Part shown: one piece after another, positions 17,119-30,949 of the stretch
Numbering within the stretch: the stretch's first letter is position 1
How the letters are laid out: each line of letters begins with the position of its first letter
Assembly: GCA_964016885.1 (NCBI GenBank)
Contig: OZ024741.1
Location: 288,300,001-288,364,000, forward strand
Length of the DNA: 64,000 nt
Source of the DNA: Eledone cirrhosa
Taxonomy: Eukaryota
Reading direction: 5' to 3'
The notes under the pieces: generated by a model
Told to the model about the DNA's origin: nothing
Databases searched by the model: none
What the model saw: only the letters and a program-made list of their open reading frames with translations
Translations under genes and position numbers: made by a program

Positions 17119-19440
17119 TTAATATTGTTTATTTAATTAAAGTAAGTTTGGCAAAATTATATTTAACCAGAATCTGTTAATAGTTGTAAGTCCAATCTTA
17201 AACACCTAAATAGACACATAGGTATCACTCAATCTTTAACAGACATACAATTAAACTATCATATTCTACCATTATGGATTTAGCGCAGAATATAAATAGA
17301 ATTAATAATAGAAACTTAAAACTTAACCAGAATAACATTAATACCTCTAGCAATATCCAATATAATGATACTGTTCCCAATAATATAAATTCTGATAAAT
17401 GTAATTGTAGAAATAACTGTCCTTTAAATAATAACTGTTTAGTTAAAAATGTAGTATACAATTGCAATGTCAAAACCAATGATAATTCCTTTAACTATGT
17501 CGGCTCTATTTCGACAGACTTCAAATCTCGTTTCAATAACCACAAATGTTCCTTTACGAATATTGGTAAAAAATTCTTCAACCTCTCTATCCAACTTATT
17601 ATGGAACATAAAATCCAAGAATATAAACTATTCTTTATCTTTGAAAATTGTTTCCAAAGCACCAGCCTACACAGCTTTATCCAAATTTTGCAGCCTATGC
17701 GTCGAAGAAATATTCTTTATACTAAAATGTAAGAACTCTATTAATTTGCGTAATAATTTATTTAGTTCTTGTAAACATCGTTTAAATTCAACTTTTAGAT
17801 ATATATATAAAATGTAATATATGGTTAATCTTCCTTACATAATGTTTTCTATATCCAAACACCGATAATCCCATCCCTCAGATTACATCTATATATGATT
17901 CAAGAATTTAATATAATTCTAACCTTCATAACTTCCTAAATATATAAAATACACTTATTAAATTTTTAATTTACTCCTTAAAACCTTTACTTTCTAATAT
18001 TTCTACTTCATAAATATACTTTGTATTATTACACATATCAATCCTACCTCCAAAAATATATCATAACTTTTTTGTATGACTACTTGAAATTCTTTTCAGA
18101 AAGGGTTTTGAAAAACCATTATTTTCATATCTTCCAATATTTTTATATCTTCCAATATTTTAAACATTTTTAATATTTATGTATTTTCATATATTTCCAA
18201 ATATTTATATATATGTGGAATAATGTATGGTTTATGTTTTAATTATATTTTAAGATGAATTTTTATAACTTTTTATAACTTCTTATAAATTTTTAAAGAG
18301 ATTTTTATGTATCCTTGGAGTCATTTGAGTTTTTAAAAAAATCTCTTTTAACTTCCTTTAAACTTCCTTATTGTTTTTATAATCTCAATTTTTATAGTCT
18401 TAATTTATAGTCTGAAATTTTAATTTGTTTTAGTATATACTTCTAATTTAGTATATACTTATTCCTTTGTAAACTCTCGTAATTTTTCGTAATCTTTGGA
18501 ATTATTTAGGTGTTTAAGATTGGACTTACAACTATTAACAAATTCTGGTTAATATAATTTTGCCAAACTTACTTTAATTAAATAAACAATATTATGTTTT
18601 TTTCCAATGTAAAAATACTATACATTTAAATAATTTATAAACTATAACATAACATACCCATCTAAACCTATATATTATTAATACATCTTAATATATTTTA
18701 AATACTTCTTTTTGTAATATATCCTATTTTTAATTAAATTTTTAATTAAATTTTAACAATATTTTTAAATTTTAACAATATTTCTATTTATTTTTATTTA
18801 TTCTTAATTTAATTTTTAACTTATTATAAATATTATAAACATAGCATAATGAACGTTATATTTACGATTTGAGTATTCATCCATGAAAAACTAATTTCTT
18901 CGCTCGCTTCACTTCACTATCACTATGCATAATCTTGTCTTTCTTTCTCCCTTTTTTATCACCCTTTCTCTTTCTTCTTCTCTCTTTCTCTTTTCTTCTC
19001 TCTCCTTTTCACTATTCTTTCTCTCTCCCTTTCAATATTTTCTCTCTCTCCCTTTTATATCTCCTTTTCACTACTTTCTTCCAACAGCTTAATTTAAATA
19101 AACCATTGTTTTTTCAATTTTTCTGACACTCATTTGCATACTCCCTCATAACTTTGAATCACCCCCAATAACATATTATTCCCACTATCCCGCGAACCTC
19201 AACCGTTAAGGTTGTCTTTTTGCGGGTATGTCAATATTTATTTATAAAACAAATTTATATTTTATCTGATGAAAGCGCACCATAATTTTCCTTGGTTGCC
19301 ATTGAAATATATATAATAAAATAATTATGGTTTTATAAATACAGTTTCCATTTATTAATATATTGAATATTTACTCCACTTACAGTTGAGTGCTTTATAT
19401 CAGTTATATAATTTTTAAAACTTGTTGAATCCCAACAAAT
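17119..19440 (+). mobile_element. Penelope-like element 3' part: GIY-YIG endonuclease remnant, AT-rich 3' region and HHR-bearing pLTR
   Basis: CNCRNNCPLNNNCLVKNVVY..YVGS..FKSRFNNH and FCSLC..E...SCKH (frameshifted). 17119-17215 is inverted at 18505-18595. HHR CTGATGA..GAAAtatataTA at 19258-19323. Confidence 0.8.
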
Positions 19441-19477
19441 TAAATATAACCTCTGCATATATATATATATATATATA

Positions 19478-20732
19478 AACGGAGAAAATGAAACGAAATT
19501 TCATTTCCCAGTCTTAGTACGGCTGTTAATTAAATATAAGTATGTACACGTACATACATATATGTATACAGATGTACAGTAGTATGTATATATATATATA
19601 CATGCACCTATATATATATATATGTACGTATAGATTCACCAAACATTTATTATAATGCTCGGTGTGTTTGTAAACAAACATCCCGTATTAAGCCATAGTG
19701 TCCAGCAACCATCGTTGCTCTTTTGTTCAACACTGACAAAGGAACGCTGTACTAGTTTCAAGCTTATTAGCTATCGTCAGCAACGTATACCTTCCTGCCA
19801 GATTGGTGAACGTATATACTTACCTTATGCATATTAACGGCCGAGTAGCCCAATTTGCATATCGAGTGAGTTAATCGGCCGGGTGCACCGAAAACGATAA
19901 ACGGAAAAAATGAAAAGAAATTTCATTTCCCACTCTTAGTACGGCTGTTACTTAAATATAAGTATGTACACGTACATACATATATGTATACAGACGTACA
20001 GTAGTATGTATATATATATACATACATGCACACATATATATATGTACGTATAGATTCACCAAACATTTATTATAATGCTCGGTGTGTTTGTAAACAAACA
20101 TCCCGTATTAAGCCGTAGTGTCCAGCAACCATCGTTTCTCGTTTGTTCAACACTGACAAAGGAACGCTGTACTAGTTTCAAGCTTATTAGCTATCGTCAG
20201 CAACGTATACCTTCCTGCCAGATTGTTGAACGTATATACTTACCTTATGCATATTAACGGCTGAGTAGCCCAATTTGCATATCGAGTGGGTTAATCGGCC
20301 GGGTGCACCGAAAACGATAAACGGAAAAAATGAAACGAAATTTCATTTCCCACTCTTCCGTTTATCGTTTTCAGTGCACCCGGCCGATTAACCCACTCGA
20401 TATGCAAATTGGGCTACTCAGCCGTTAATATGCATCAGGTAAGTATATACGTTCAACAATCTGGCAGGAAGGTATACGTTGCTGACGATAGCTAATAAGC
20501 TTGAAACTAGTACAGCGTTCCTTTGTCAGTGTTGAACAAACGAGCAACGATGGTTGCTGGACACTACGGCTTAATACGGGATGTTTGTTTACAAACACAC
20601 CGAGCATTATAATAAATGTTCGGTGAATCCATATGTACATATATATATGTGTGCATGTATGTATATATACTATATACACATGTATATATACTACTGTACG
20701 TCTGTATACATATATGTATGTACGTGTACATA

Positions 20733-20740
<8 letters not shown>
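19478..20740. mobile_element. Retrozyme-like 420-bp ORF-less repeat: ~2.1 tandem units plus one inverted unit, inside (TA)n
   Basis: HHRs on - at 19744-19786 and 20164-20206, exactly 420 bp apart. The inversion junction is at ~20357, with an HHR on + at 20476-20518. Confidence 0.85.
20476..20518 (+). ncRNA. Minimal type I hammerhead ribozyme (GUA site)
   Basis: acgttg-CTGACGA-tagct(aata)agctt-GAAA-ctag-TA-cagcgt, with palindromic ACTAGT as stem III. Confidence 0.85.
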
Positions 20741-20781
<41 letters not shown>

Positions 20782-20856
20782 CGAGAGAGTTGTGGTAAGG
20801 AACCAGATGGAACATAACGCACCAGAGTACTCAATACTTAGGGTAGTAGAGTGGGT

Positions 20857-20964
20857 AATAGGAAAATGTATGAACGACGGCAGAGCTCAAGCCATTTCGA
20901 CGGCTATTTCTGGCCAGAAATAGCCGTCGAAACGGCTTGAGCTCTGCCGTCGTTCATACATTTT

Positions 20965-20968
<4 letters not shown>
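20857..20968. repeat. Near-perfect palindrome made from the 3' half of the 35032-type hammerhead
   Basis: Centre tctgg|ccaga. Each arm contains GAAA-cggc-ttgagctct-gccg-TC, with one mismatch in the left arm. Confidence 0.85.
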
Positions 20969-21030
<62 letters not shown>

Positions 21031-21305
21031 TGAATGTATGACTGGTTGGTTGTACACACACACATCTAATGATTTTATTGACGGTGACTTCGAAGTTTCA
21101 CTGCGTATGCGGTTTCTTAAAACCATGAAGAGGTCTATGTTTTCTGTTTCTAAGTGTATATGAATATGTGTGTGTGTGTGTGTGTGTATGAGCATGTGTA
21201 CGTATATACGTAAACACAAACACGCGTAGACCGCTACTACTACTGCTGCTGCTGCTTCTGCTACTACTACTACTACTACTACTACTACCACTACTACTAC
21301 TACTG

Positions 21306-21430
<125 letters not shown>

Positions 21431-21509
21431 GCTGCTGCTGCTACTACTACTACTGCTGCTGCTGCTACTACTACTACTACTACTACCACTACTTCTACTG
21501 CTGCTTCTG

Positions 21510-21551
<42 letters not shown>

Positions 21552-21624
21552 TATTACTACTCACACATTTGAACACATACGGAAACACAAACACAAATCC
21601 CCCCCCCCTCATCATAACAAATTA

Positions 21625-22640
21625 CTCCTCGCAAGCCTCACACCTGCGGGTAGCCAACTCTGTGCCGTTGGTGTTTCGGGAGGTGGCCCAAGGGCCAAGG
21701 ATACCAGAAGTTTCCACTGCTACGGGCTCGATCGCAAACCTGTCGGAGAGCGACTGATATTTGCAGTAGAGCCTGGGTTAGTTGCCGACTGCACCAGGTT
21801 GCCGTTGGAGAATGTGTCGCTGCATGTGGCATCCCAGATGAGGGGTTTACCACCACGGAACGGGAAGATAGTCATGCCGTTCGGCCTTTTGCTGTCCCCT
21901 CGGTCCAGCTCCGCAGGTTCGAGCTGGAAGGAGAAGCCTGCAGCATCCAAGCCATGCTTTATGACCTCGTTGAGAGCAGCATGGCGTGGAAGGCGGTCGA
22001 TACTGTAGCCACAGAACAGCGGGTGGAGGCCGAAAGAGTCTACGGTGGAACCGCAGCGACATTTGTGTGGCTCGCAGATCCGGACGCCGAGACACAGGGA
22101 AACCCCGATTCGTAGGCTATCATTATTCCACTGCGTGCCAGTTGAAAAGGAGGATAAGTCATTGAGCCAGACTCCACTGTGAGGTTGCAAGGCCGAGCAA
22201 AAACATGTGAGGCGGTGCTGGTCGAGCTGGCACGCTAGCCTGTCCGAGGTCATGTTGCATTGGATGGCATCTCATATATTCTGGGAGGGGGGGGGGGGGT
22301 GATATCAACGGGGGAAAGAGGAAAGGGGACGTCTACTGGGCGGGGTCTGAGCCGGTTCCAACCGATGGGTGCTTGCCCAAAGGACGAAACGTTGGCTTTG
22401 CAAAAAGATGCTGTCGAAGGGGATGGACGGTGGGGCATGGAGCCGAGGACTGGAGCACTATACGGCAACATGGGTGTGTTACTGGTTGTCTCTGGCAAAG
22501 GCGCTTGGTTCACCGGTGGAGGTGAGAAACTGGAATCACGGGTAAGTAGGCAAGGTGATGATATGAAGGAGGCATCTCATTTACACCAGATCCGGAGGCA
22601 ACAGAAAACAAGACAAAAGGTGGGAGAGGAGTAGAGGCAT
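21625..22640 (-). mobile_element. CRE-like RLE non-LTR retrotransposon remnant (Zn knuckle plus restriction-like endonuclease)
   Basis: CRCGS..D.FGLHPLFC, RHAALNEVIK and EP..LDRGDSKRPNGMTIFPFRGGKPLIWDATCSDT. The catalytic PD is mutated to PN. Confidence 0.75.
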
Positions 22641-23146
22641 GGAAGGGGATCTAAAAAAGAACCCAGTGTGTGTTCCAAGGAAAAATCTTAGAGATCGATA
22701 TGTATATATGTATACACACGCACACACCCTCACCAACACACACACGCACTCCCAAGTTTGGGCCGTGACACCAAAGTATATGTTGTCTGTACATGCTTGT
22801 ATGTGGACATTCTCATGTTCATGTGTATGTTTGTTTGCACACATACAATTCTTGGTCTGATTATAAAATTTATCAATAGTTAATAATATATTATGCAGTA
22901 ATCGAAATTACGTCAATCACAGAATTCAGTTACTTGAATCTATGATTGCCTCTCCAACGATAGGCCGTCGTTTGACCCGCTAGAAATAGCAACCAAATTT
23001 TTTCAAAGCACGCCATACCATCTTGTATTTATACACCGCTCTCTCTCTCTCTCTCTTTCTCTCGTCCTCTTTCTGTCTCTATCTCTCTCTATGTCTGTCT
23101 GTATGTCTGTCTTTGTCTCTCTCTCTATCTCTTTCTCTTTCTCTCG

Positions 23147-23210
<64 letters not shown>

Positions 23211-23229
23211 TTCTCTTTCTCTCGCTGAC

Positions 23230-23320
<91 letters not shown>

Positions 23321-23617
23321 ATGGTCTGCCACATCTGCAAAGACAGCTGCAACTTGTAAAGAAATAGCTATTTCAGGCGGCACATGAGTTACCCTGACCT
23401 TCGTCAATCTTCGACGACAGTCGGATGGCACGAAGATAATATCCTCCCTCCCTTCATACTGTTGTTAGAGAGTGGTGGGATTGCCCTCCTGTGTCATGGC
23501 AAACTTAACCTTCACTGTCACAAATATTTTACCTCCGATGATGTGGGTTTTGCGTTCCTGCAGCATCCCATGGCTTTTTGGATTTCTACCAACTTAATAA
23601 TAACAACAACAACACAA

Positions 23618-23671
<54 letters not shown>

Positions 23672-23673
<2 letters not shown>

Positions 23674-23895
23674 GAGGTTTCTGATTTAGGCAAAAGGCCA
23701 ATCATTTTAGGGATGGGGAAAGTCGATTAAATTGACCCCAGTGCATTACTGGTACTTTATTTTATCGACGCCGTAAAGATGAAAGGTAAAGCTAACCTCG
23801 GCGGGATTTGAATTCAGAACGTAAAGGGCCGTAATTCTATGCTTGCAAAGCATGGTGTCCGACACTCTAACGATTCTGCCAATCCATCGCCTTTA
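23672..23895 (-). mobile_element. tRNA-like SINE
   Basis: Reverse complement of the SINE consensus, with A and B boxes and a (TAG)n tail. Confidence 0.8.
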
Positions 23896-24239
23896 CTACA
23901 ACTAATAATAATAATTAAAAAAAACAACAAACAATGAATGTAAAAATTAAAGAAAGACAAACAAAATAATAAGACAAAATAATAATAAGACAAAATAATA
24001 ACATACAAAAAGGGGAAATATAAAAATGCGAATAACAATACAATAGAGTAAAGAAAAGCTTGGGACAGGAAAATGAATTGTTTTGTTGGGGAGGTCGTCA
24101 GTAACAACATACCGTTTAAAACAACACATATGTCGTCTTAACTCTACCTTACATCTCAACCAATCAGCAGATACTTTACAAGGAAGCTATGAACCCCCCC
24201 CCCCCACACACACACACATATACATACATATACACACAT

Positions 24240-24311
<72 letters not shown>

Positions 24312-24480
24312 AGATCAAAAGATGGTTAGAGGAGTTCCATGTATTTTATTATGCGCATTGCTTTATTGTACTACAATAAAACTCACCTCCTACATATATA
24401 TATATATATATATATATATGAATTAGAACCCTGTAACCATTAAGCTCTAAGTATAAAGTACAAATAAATACTGAGCCGAT

Positions 24481-24589
24481 TAACAATATATAGTAAGAAA
24501 CACAGTAAACCGTGTGTCTAAAATTACGGTTTTTCAACCCTTGTAATTTTAGACACACGGTTTACTGTGTTTCTTACTATACATTGTTA
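24481..24589. repeat. 47-bp-arm inverted repeat
   Basis: 24481-24527 is the reverse complement of 24543-24589. The arm contains GAAA-cac...gtg-TC, resembling an HHR stem III. Confidence 0.85.
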
Positions 24590-24649
24590 TATATATATAT
24601 ATATATGAAAAGTATAGAAATTATTGTAGCAAGAAGCCAACAGTATTCC

Positions 24650-24691
<42 letters not shown>

Positions 24692-25787
24692 TACATACAT
24701 ACACCCATACATACGCACATATATATATTCACACACATACGCACATATATATTCACACACACACACACGCATACATACATTCATACCTACACACATACAT
24801 ACAAACAAACATAAATACATACATACATATACACATACACACATACATACGCATATATATATATATACTCATACATACATACATACATACATACATACAT
24901 GCATACAAACAAATACAAACATACATATATATGCATATACACACAAATATGCACACACATACATACATATATACATACATACAAACATAAATACATACAT
25001 ATATACATATGCATACACACACAAATACATATGCATATACACACATACATATATGCACAAACATATTCACATACACTCATACATATGCATATACACATAC
25101 ATATATACACATGCATACATACATGCATACACATACATACACATACATACAGATATATGCACTCACATATACACACAGATGCATACACATACATACACAC
25201 ACATACATATACACTTACATATACACACATATGCATACACATATATATACGCACGCACACACAAACTCACACTACTCATGCATGCATACCCGCACGCATA
25301 TATACACGCATACTACTCACATACACAGGGACATATTAAACTATCCGGCGATATTTCTTTTATTACGCGGCTTTAAAAGGTAACGCTTACACACACATAT
25401 ACGCACGCACACACAATTACTCACAAACTCACACATACTCGCGCACGCATATACACATACATAAAGACAATACACATACTCACATTCACAGGGACATATT
25501 AAACTATCCGTTCATCCTTACGCGGTCGATAAAATAATGTACCAGTAATACACTGAGATAATTGCTGGCATTATGCCAAAAGTAGAAACAATTATTTCTT
25601 TTATTACGCGGCTTTAAAAGGTGATGCTTACACACACATATACGCAGGCACACACACACACACAATTACACACAAATTCACACATACTCGTGCACGCATA
25701 TCCGCATGCACATATACACACATACGCATACACTACTCGCATACACAGGGACATATTAAACTACCCGGCGTTATTTCTTTTACTATG

Positions 25788-25975
25788 GGCGGTGGATTGG
25801 CAGTATCGGTAGAGGGTCGGACGTCATGCTTTGACGTATAGAATTACGGCCCTTTCCATTCTGAGTTCAAATCCCGCCGAGGTTAACTTTGCCTTTCATC
25901 CTTACGGGGTCGATAAAATAAAGTACCAGTAATGCACTGGGTAATTGCTGGCCTTGTGCCAAAAGTAGAAACAGT
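25788..25975 (+). mobile_element. tRNA-like SINE, full-length
   Basis: A-box tggcagtatcgg, B-box gagttcaaatccc and the conserved 3' body. Confidence 0.85.
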
Positions 25976-26039
25976 TATTTCTTTTACTACGCATCTTTAA
26001 AAGGAGATGCTTATTGCGTTTTGCCTGATTGCACACATC

Positions 26040-26330
26040 CTCAACAAAAGCGACGACGTTCTTTCGGAGACTCTGGAAATGAACTGGCCGCTTTTTTTTC
26101 AGGAGGATTTTTGGCCCAGAGCCAATGGTTAATTTCCAGAAATCCCTAGCCTGGTAGTGCTACCGAGGAACATTGTCGGTCCAAAATAAACTCTACAAGC
26201 ACTGAGGTGCCGTCAGTCGAGCTTGTCCGATATGCATGCAGAGCAACAAAACCTTACAACACGTTCTACTCAACAGGTGTGCAAGCATTGCTGACTTGTG
26301 GAGTTATATTGAACACTTGCCGTTACATGT
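26040..26330 (+). mobile_element. Tx1/L1-like LINE fragment (zf-RVT region)
   Basis: LSVQNKLYKH*GAVSRACPICMQSNKTLQHVLL, homologous to 27420-27540. Confidence 0.55.
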
Positions 26331-26949
26331 AGGAAGGATCCGCCTATAAGCTGAGTCCAGAGGTATATCTAGTATATAGCAAACATGGCACGGGCCATGG
26401 AGACACTTGAAAGTGTGCTCTACCTGGATTAGGAGCATTTTCTATTGAAGTCAGATAAGCTATCGCCAGAGAGTGAAAAAAGAAACTTCTTCGGGTGTAA
26501 GATCTGTCTTTGATTATCATGGGTGAGAAACAATATGGTGGCTGGATCATTAAACCATTTACATAAATTAGTAGGCCCATAAGTAAAAATGGGAACTACA
26601 TGATCACAGAGGCATACTTTATAGTATGACTTGTCAAATATTTTAATAGGGTTTTACTATTTGTCAAAGATCAGTATTACACAGATCACTCACTTTAAAT
26701 ACACTAACACTTTTGCCAATACTTTACGTATACTTAGGTGTAAAGGATATCTTGTAGAACAAATAAAATACAGTTTAATACCCTAAACCTTCATTTATTA
26801 AAACCTCGCTGTCAATCTTATTGTCTAACAACTACTATATAGCTTGCTGCATATGCAGGGGCACAATTTCAATGTTTGCCATAGGCGTTATTTTTTCTTG
26901 TTACACTCCCAGCTGAGTCTATTGTGAAGATCGCCCTGCCGCTTGCCTT

Positions 26950-27700
26950 TGCACTAGAAGGACAGGCTATTTTTACCTGGAAGCTATGACAAAAGAGGTT
27001 TTTATCTGGTTGCTATGGGGAAAGAAGTTGTGTTGTGGGCAATAATTAAAAGGGTTGAAGACAAACACGTTCTTCTTTGTCCAAGACCTCATAGACCTTT
27101 TCAAATTTTACTTGTGAAGGAAATTGAAGATGGAGATGGGAGGTGGACGAGAGTGGCGTGCATGGTCCGAGTGAATGGGCTTGCTCTTAGTATACACCTG
27201 TAGATTGGAGGAAGACAAGAGAGAGAAGACACTTGCCTTAACCGTCAGTGACCATGACTTTTTTGTTTTATTTTTCCACTTGTACCTCTCAGGGGTCTCC
27301 CCCACATATTGAGGAATTTGTTTCGTTTTCGTTTTATTGTTAGCTATTTTTGTTTTATTTTATTTAGTGTTTTTTTTTTTTCGAGCTGAGGAAAATGAAC
27401 AACTTGCAGAAATCCCTGGTTTGGCACTGCCGGTTCATGATAAACTCTACAGGCACAGAAGTGCTGTTAAACGGACCAATCCGAGATGCGTACAGAGCGA
27501 CGAAGCCGTTCTGCACTCACTCGTCCAGTGTCCGGGCATTGCTGACGTAGAGTTTTGTCGAACAGCTATTGTCGTGTGTATGACAGATCCAGCTATTGAT
27601 CAACACCATCGTAAAGATCGCCACGTCGCCTCCTTTTGTTCAGAAAGGGCAGGCAGTTTTTCCTCTGCTTGGAGGCTCTAAAGAAAGAGGTTGTGTTATT
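26950..27700 (+). mobile_element. Tx1/L1-like LINE 3' fragments
   Basis: LPVHDKLYRH..PRCVQSDEAVLHSLVQC (zf-RVT-like). A C-terminal ...RWTRVACMVRVNG segment is followed by a T-rich UTR. Confidence 0.55.
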
Positions 27701-27705
27701 ATGTA

Positions 27706-27900
27706 CGAGGGTCAGCTGAGAATGTCATAGGCTGACCAAGATACTCTCATGGAATGACCAAATGAGATTTATTTTTCAACATAGTCCCTGAAATGAAACA
27801 ATGCAGTTATTAATAAGAGTTGAAATTAATGCATGTAAGAGTTCACAGCTCTAGCATTACTCCTTCATAGTCAGTCTATGAACTTTCCAGTCGACCCTCG
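27706..27900. mobile_element. Mariner-derived MITE with TA target duplication
   Basis: TA|cgagggtcagctgagaatgtcataggctga ... tcagtctatgaactttccagtcgaccctcg|TA. Confidence 0.85.
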
Positions 27901-28357
27901 TACAGCCTGTATTACCAAGGGAGGTGGAAGCATTTCTGAATTGGGGTGGGGGTGGGGGTGGGGGTGGGGGTGGAGGCAAATTTGGTCAATTTAGTTATAG
28001 TGATTAGTTTAGTTCTTTGAAATCTAAAATGGTCAGAAAACCTCGATATGCGATAAACATAACATGTACATAAATTGTAACGTATCTACAAATAGATGAA
28101 TGTTTTGGTAGTTTGGGGAGAAACATATAATTATGGGGGAGGGTGAATGCCTCGCCTCCCCCAGTTCCCTCTGACTATGGGATATCCCCGGGAGATCTAA
28201 AAGATTTCGCATACTCACAATATAACACTCCCTCTCCCACCCATAGGTGCCGGGCGGTGTAGAAGCTACTTGTGAATATCCGGATTCTTTTAGCCCAGTC
28301 TCTAGCATGTTTTCTCTCTCATCGTCACCCATTTACGCAGTACGCGCGCGCGCGCAC

Positions 28358-28431
<74 letters not shown>

Positions 28432-29271
28432 ATGTATGCGTGTTTGTGAGTGTGTGCGTGCGTATATATATATATTGTACAAGATAAAGATATATAAATA
28501 TAAAAATGCCGACATACATATCCACCCACTCATCCATCAATTATCCATCCATACATATATATATGCTTATACATAATTATACATACATAGATGTGTATAT
28601 CATATATACATACTTACATACAGACATATATGTGTACATACATATACGTACGTACATACATACATGCATACATATATACATACATACATATATCTGTACA
28701 TACATACATACATACATACATACATGCATACATACATACATACATACATACGTACGTAGATTCATATGTATTTAACTATCACCTTGAAGGACGACCCGTT
28801 AAAATCCTCGACAATGAAGTGTAAGCGCCATGAACGACAAGGTAAATTGCACGTATGTCGGTTTAAAAACAATGCCGGCTTTAACGAATATAACAGCCAA
28901 TTTGAATAAGGATGATGATGATGATGATTATGTTGATGATAATGATGATGGTTGTGGGGATGATGATGATGATGATGTTGGAGATGATGGTGTTTGTGGT
29001 GATTATGATGTTTATGACGACGACGATGATGATGATGATGATAGTGGTGGTGGTGGTGGTGGTGGTGGCGGTGGTAGTGGGGGTAGCAATGGCAATGATA
29101 GTGGCGGTTGACAGCGTTTGGGGTGTCGACGATGGTAGCTGCTAATAGTGTTATAAGTAAGTGTTGTAGTCAAAAGGTAACGTGAGAAAAAGAGGGAGGA
29201 AGGGGGAGAGAGATTGAGAACGAGAGAGAGAGAGAAAGAAAGAAGGAGAGAGAGAGAGAGAGAGAGAGAGT

Positions 29272-29341
<70 letters not shown>

Positions 29342-29683
29342 TGCAGCTGCCCTGCTACTCGCATTTTTTGAAACTGCTTGCACCGCTGCTGCTGCTGCTG
29401 CTGCTGCTGTTGAAGGGAATTAATCCACAGACATGCAAACGTACACAGACAGGTGTTTATGAACATATGGCTGCATATATATATATTTTGATTTTTCCCT
29501 GGATTTCACAAAATTCTGTGGATAAATCTATGTCTTGATTTTTTTTTAATTGAGTTTGAATTATTTCCCCACATCTTACGTTAATTATTTTTCCATTTTG
29601 ACGTTATAGTCACTTATATATTGTGAAATACTGTTGGCTTCACGCTCACGATAATTTCTATACTTTCATATATATATATATAT

Positions 29684-29738
<55 letters not shown>

Positions 29739-29889
29739 TCTACGGTGCTGTGACCGGGGAGACCACTAATCATGGGGAGACACAAGCTGAAACCGCTTGG
29801 CGCCGCATTCTGGATTTTACATCTCTCTCTCTCTCTCCCTCTCTCTCTCTCTCTGTATATACACATATATATATATATATGTATATATA

Positions 29890-30083
29890 TATGTATATAT
29901 AATATAAAAGATAGATGTTTAATGGGTGGTTGGCTGGTGGAATCAGACGATAATTACACACACACACACACACACACAAATACATACACACACATCTAAA
30001 GAGAGAAAGAGACAGAGTGATAGGCAGAAAGCGAGAGATTGACCGTTATATAGAGAGAGATACAATTGAAGTGTTAAATATTC

Positions 30084-30155
<72 letters not shown>

Positions 30156-30651
30156 GTCCAACAAAAGTCTAGAAACGGCTTAAACTATAGATCCTTTGAT
30201 CTATAGGAAGGTTTAACAATATTGTGTTAGTTTTTATGAAGTCGTTTTACAGTCTTTGATTTTACAGAACAAAGAAAAATTGATACTATTTGAAATTAAT
30301 CTACCCTCCAGCTTTTATCCATATACTACTTACAGACCGTACTAACGAAGCTAAACACTTCGGAAGCAATGTTATGCGGTATATTGCTGCGTTTCAGATG
30401 ACGTCTTTTGGAGGTGACAAAGATCATACTGACTATGGTTATTTCACAACATTTAAAATCCAAGGCCAAAGCTACCATTTAATCAGCAGTTTTATGATTA
30501 TTATTTTTTTTTATGTCTCTCTCACACACATTCACACATCCACATATTACGGTCTCACCTCGTACCAGACAACACATCCAATACTGTCGTTTTCTCTTTT
30601 ATCCGTCTTCTCTTAACTATTCTCCCGGGCGAAACCGGGTACCTCAGCTAG
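29890..30651 (+). mobile_element. Non-autonomous Helitron
   Basis: RepHel N-terminal remnant AAFQMTSFG..TTFKIQGQSYHLI. The 3' end has a hairpin cccgg-gcgaaa-ccggg and CTAG|T. Sister copy at 45786-46596. Confidence 0.85.
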
Positions 30652-30669
30652 TATACACACACACACGCG

Positions 30670-30753
<84 letters not shown>

Positions 30754-30949
30754 AATAGATTGGGAGTTACCAGTTTAGACCAGTAAGATCATGTTCGCCA
30801 GAGTAACCGATACTTGGGAAAGTATAATCGATTATATGCATAGCGAAAAGTTAACTTTTCACTATACTTATATATATATATCTATATATTAGAAAGTGAG
30901 GTTTTTTTACAAAATGAAAAATAAGCGAGGTGTCCTACACGAGTGAAAG

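Noticed and set aside
25788-25880. tRNA gene
   Set aside because: A and B boxes are present but over-spaced, there is no cloverleaf, and the sequence is joined to a multicopy SINE body.
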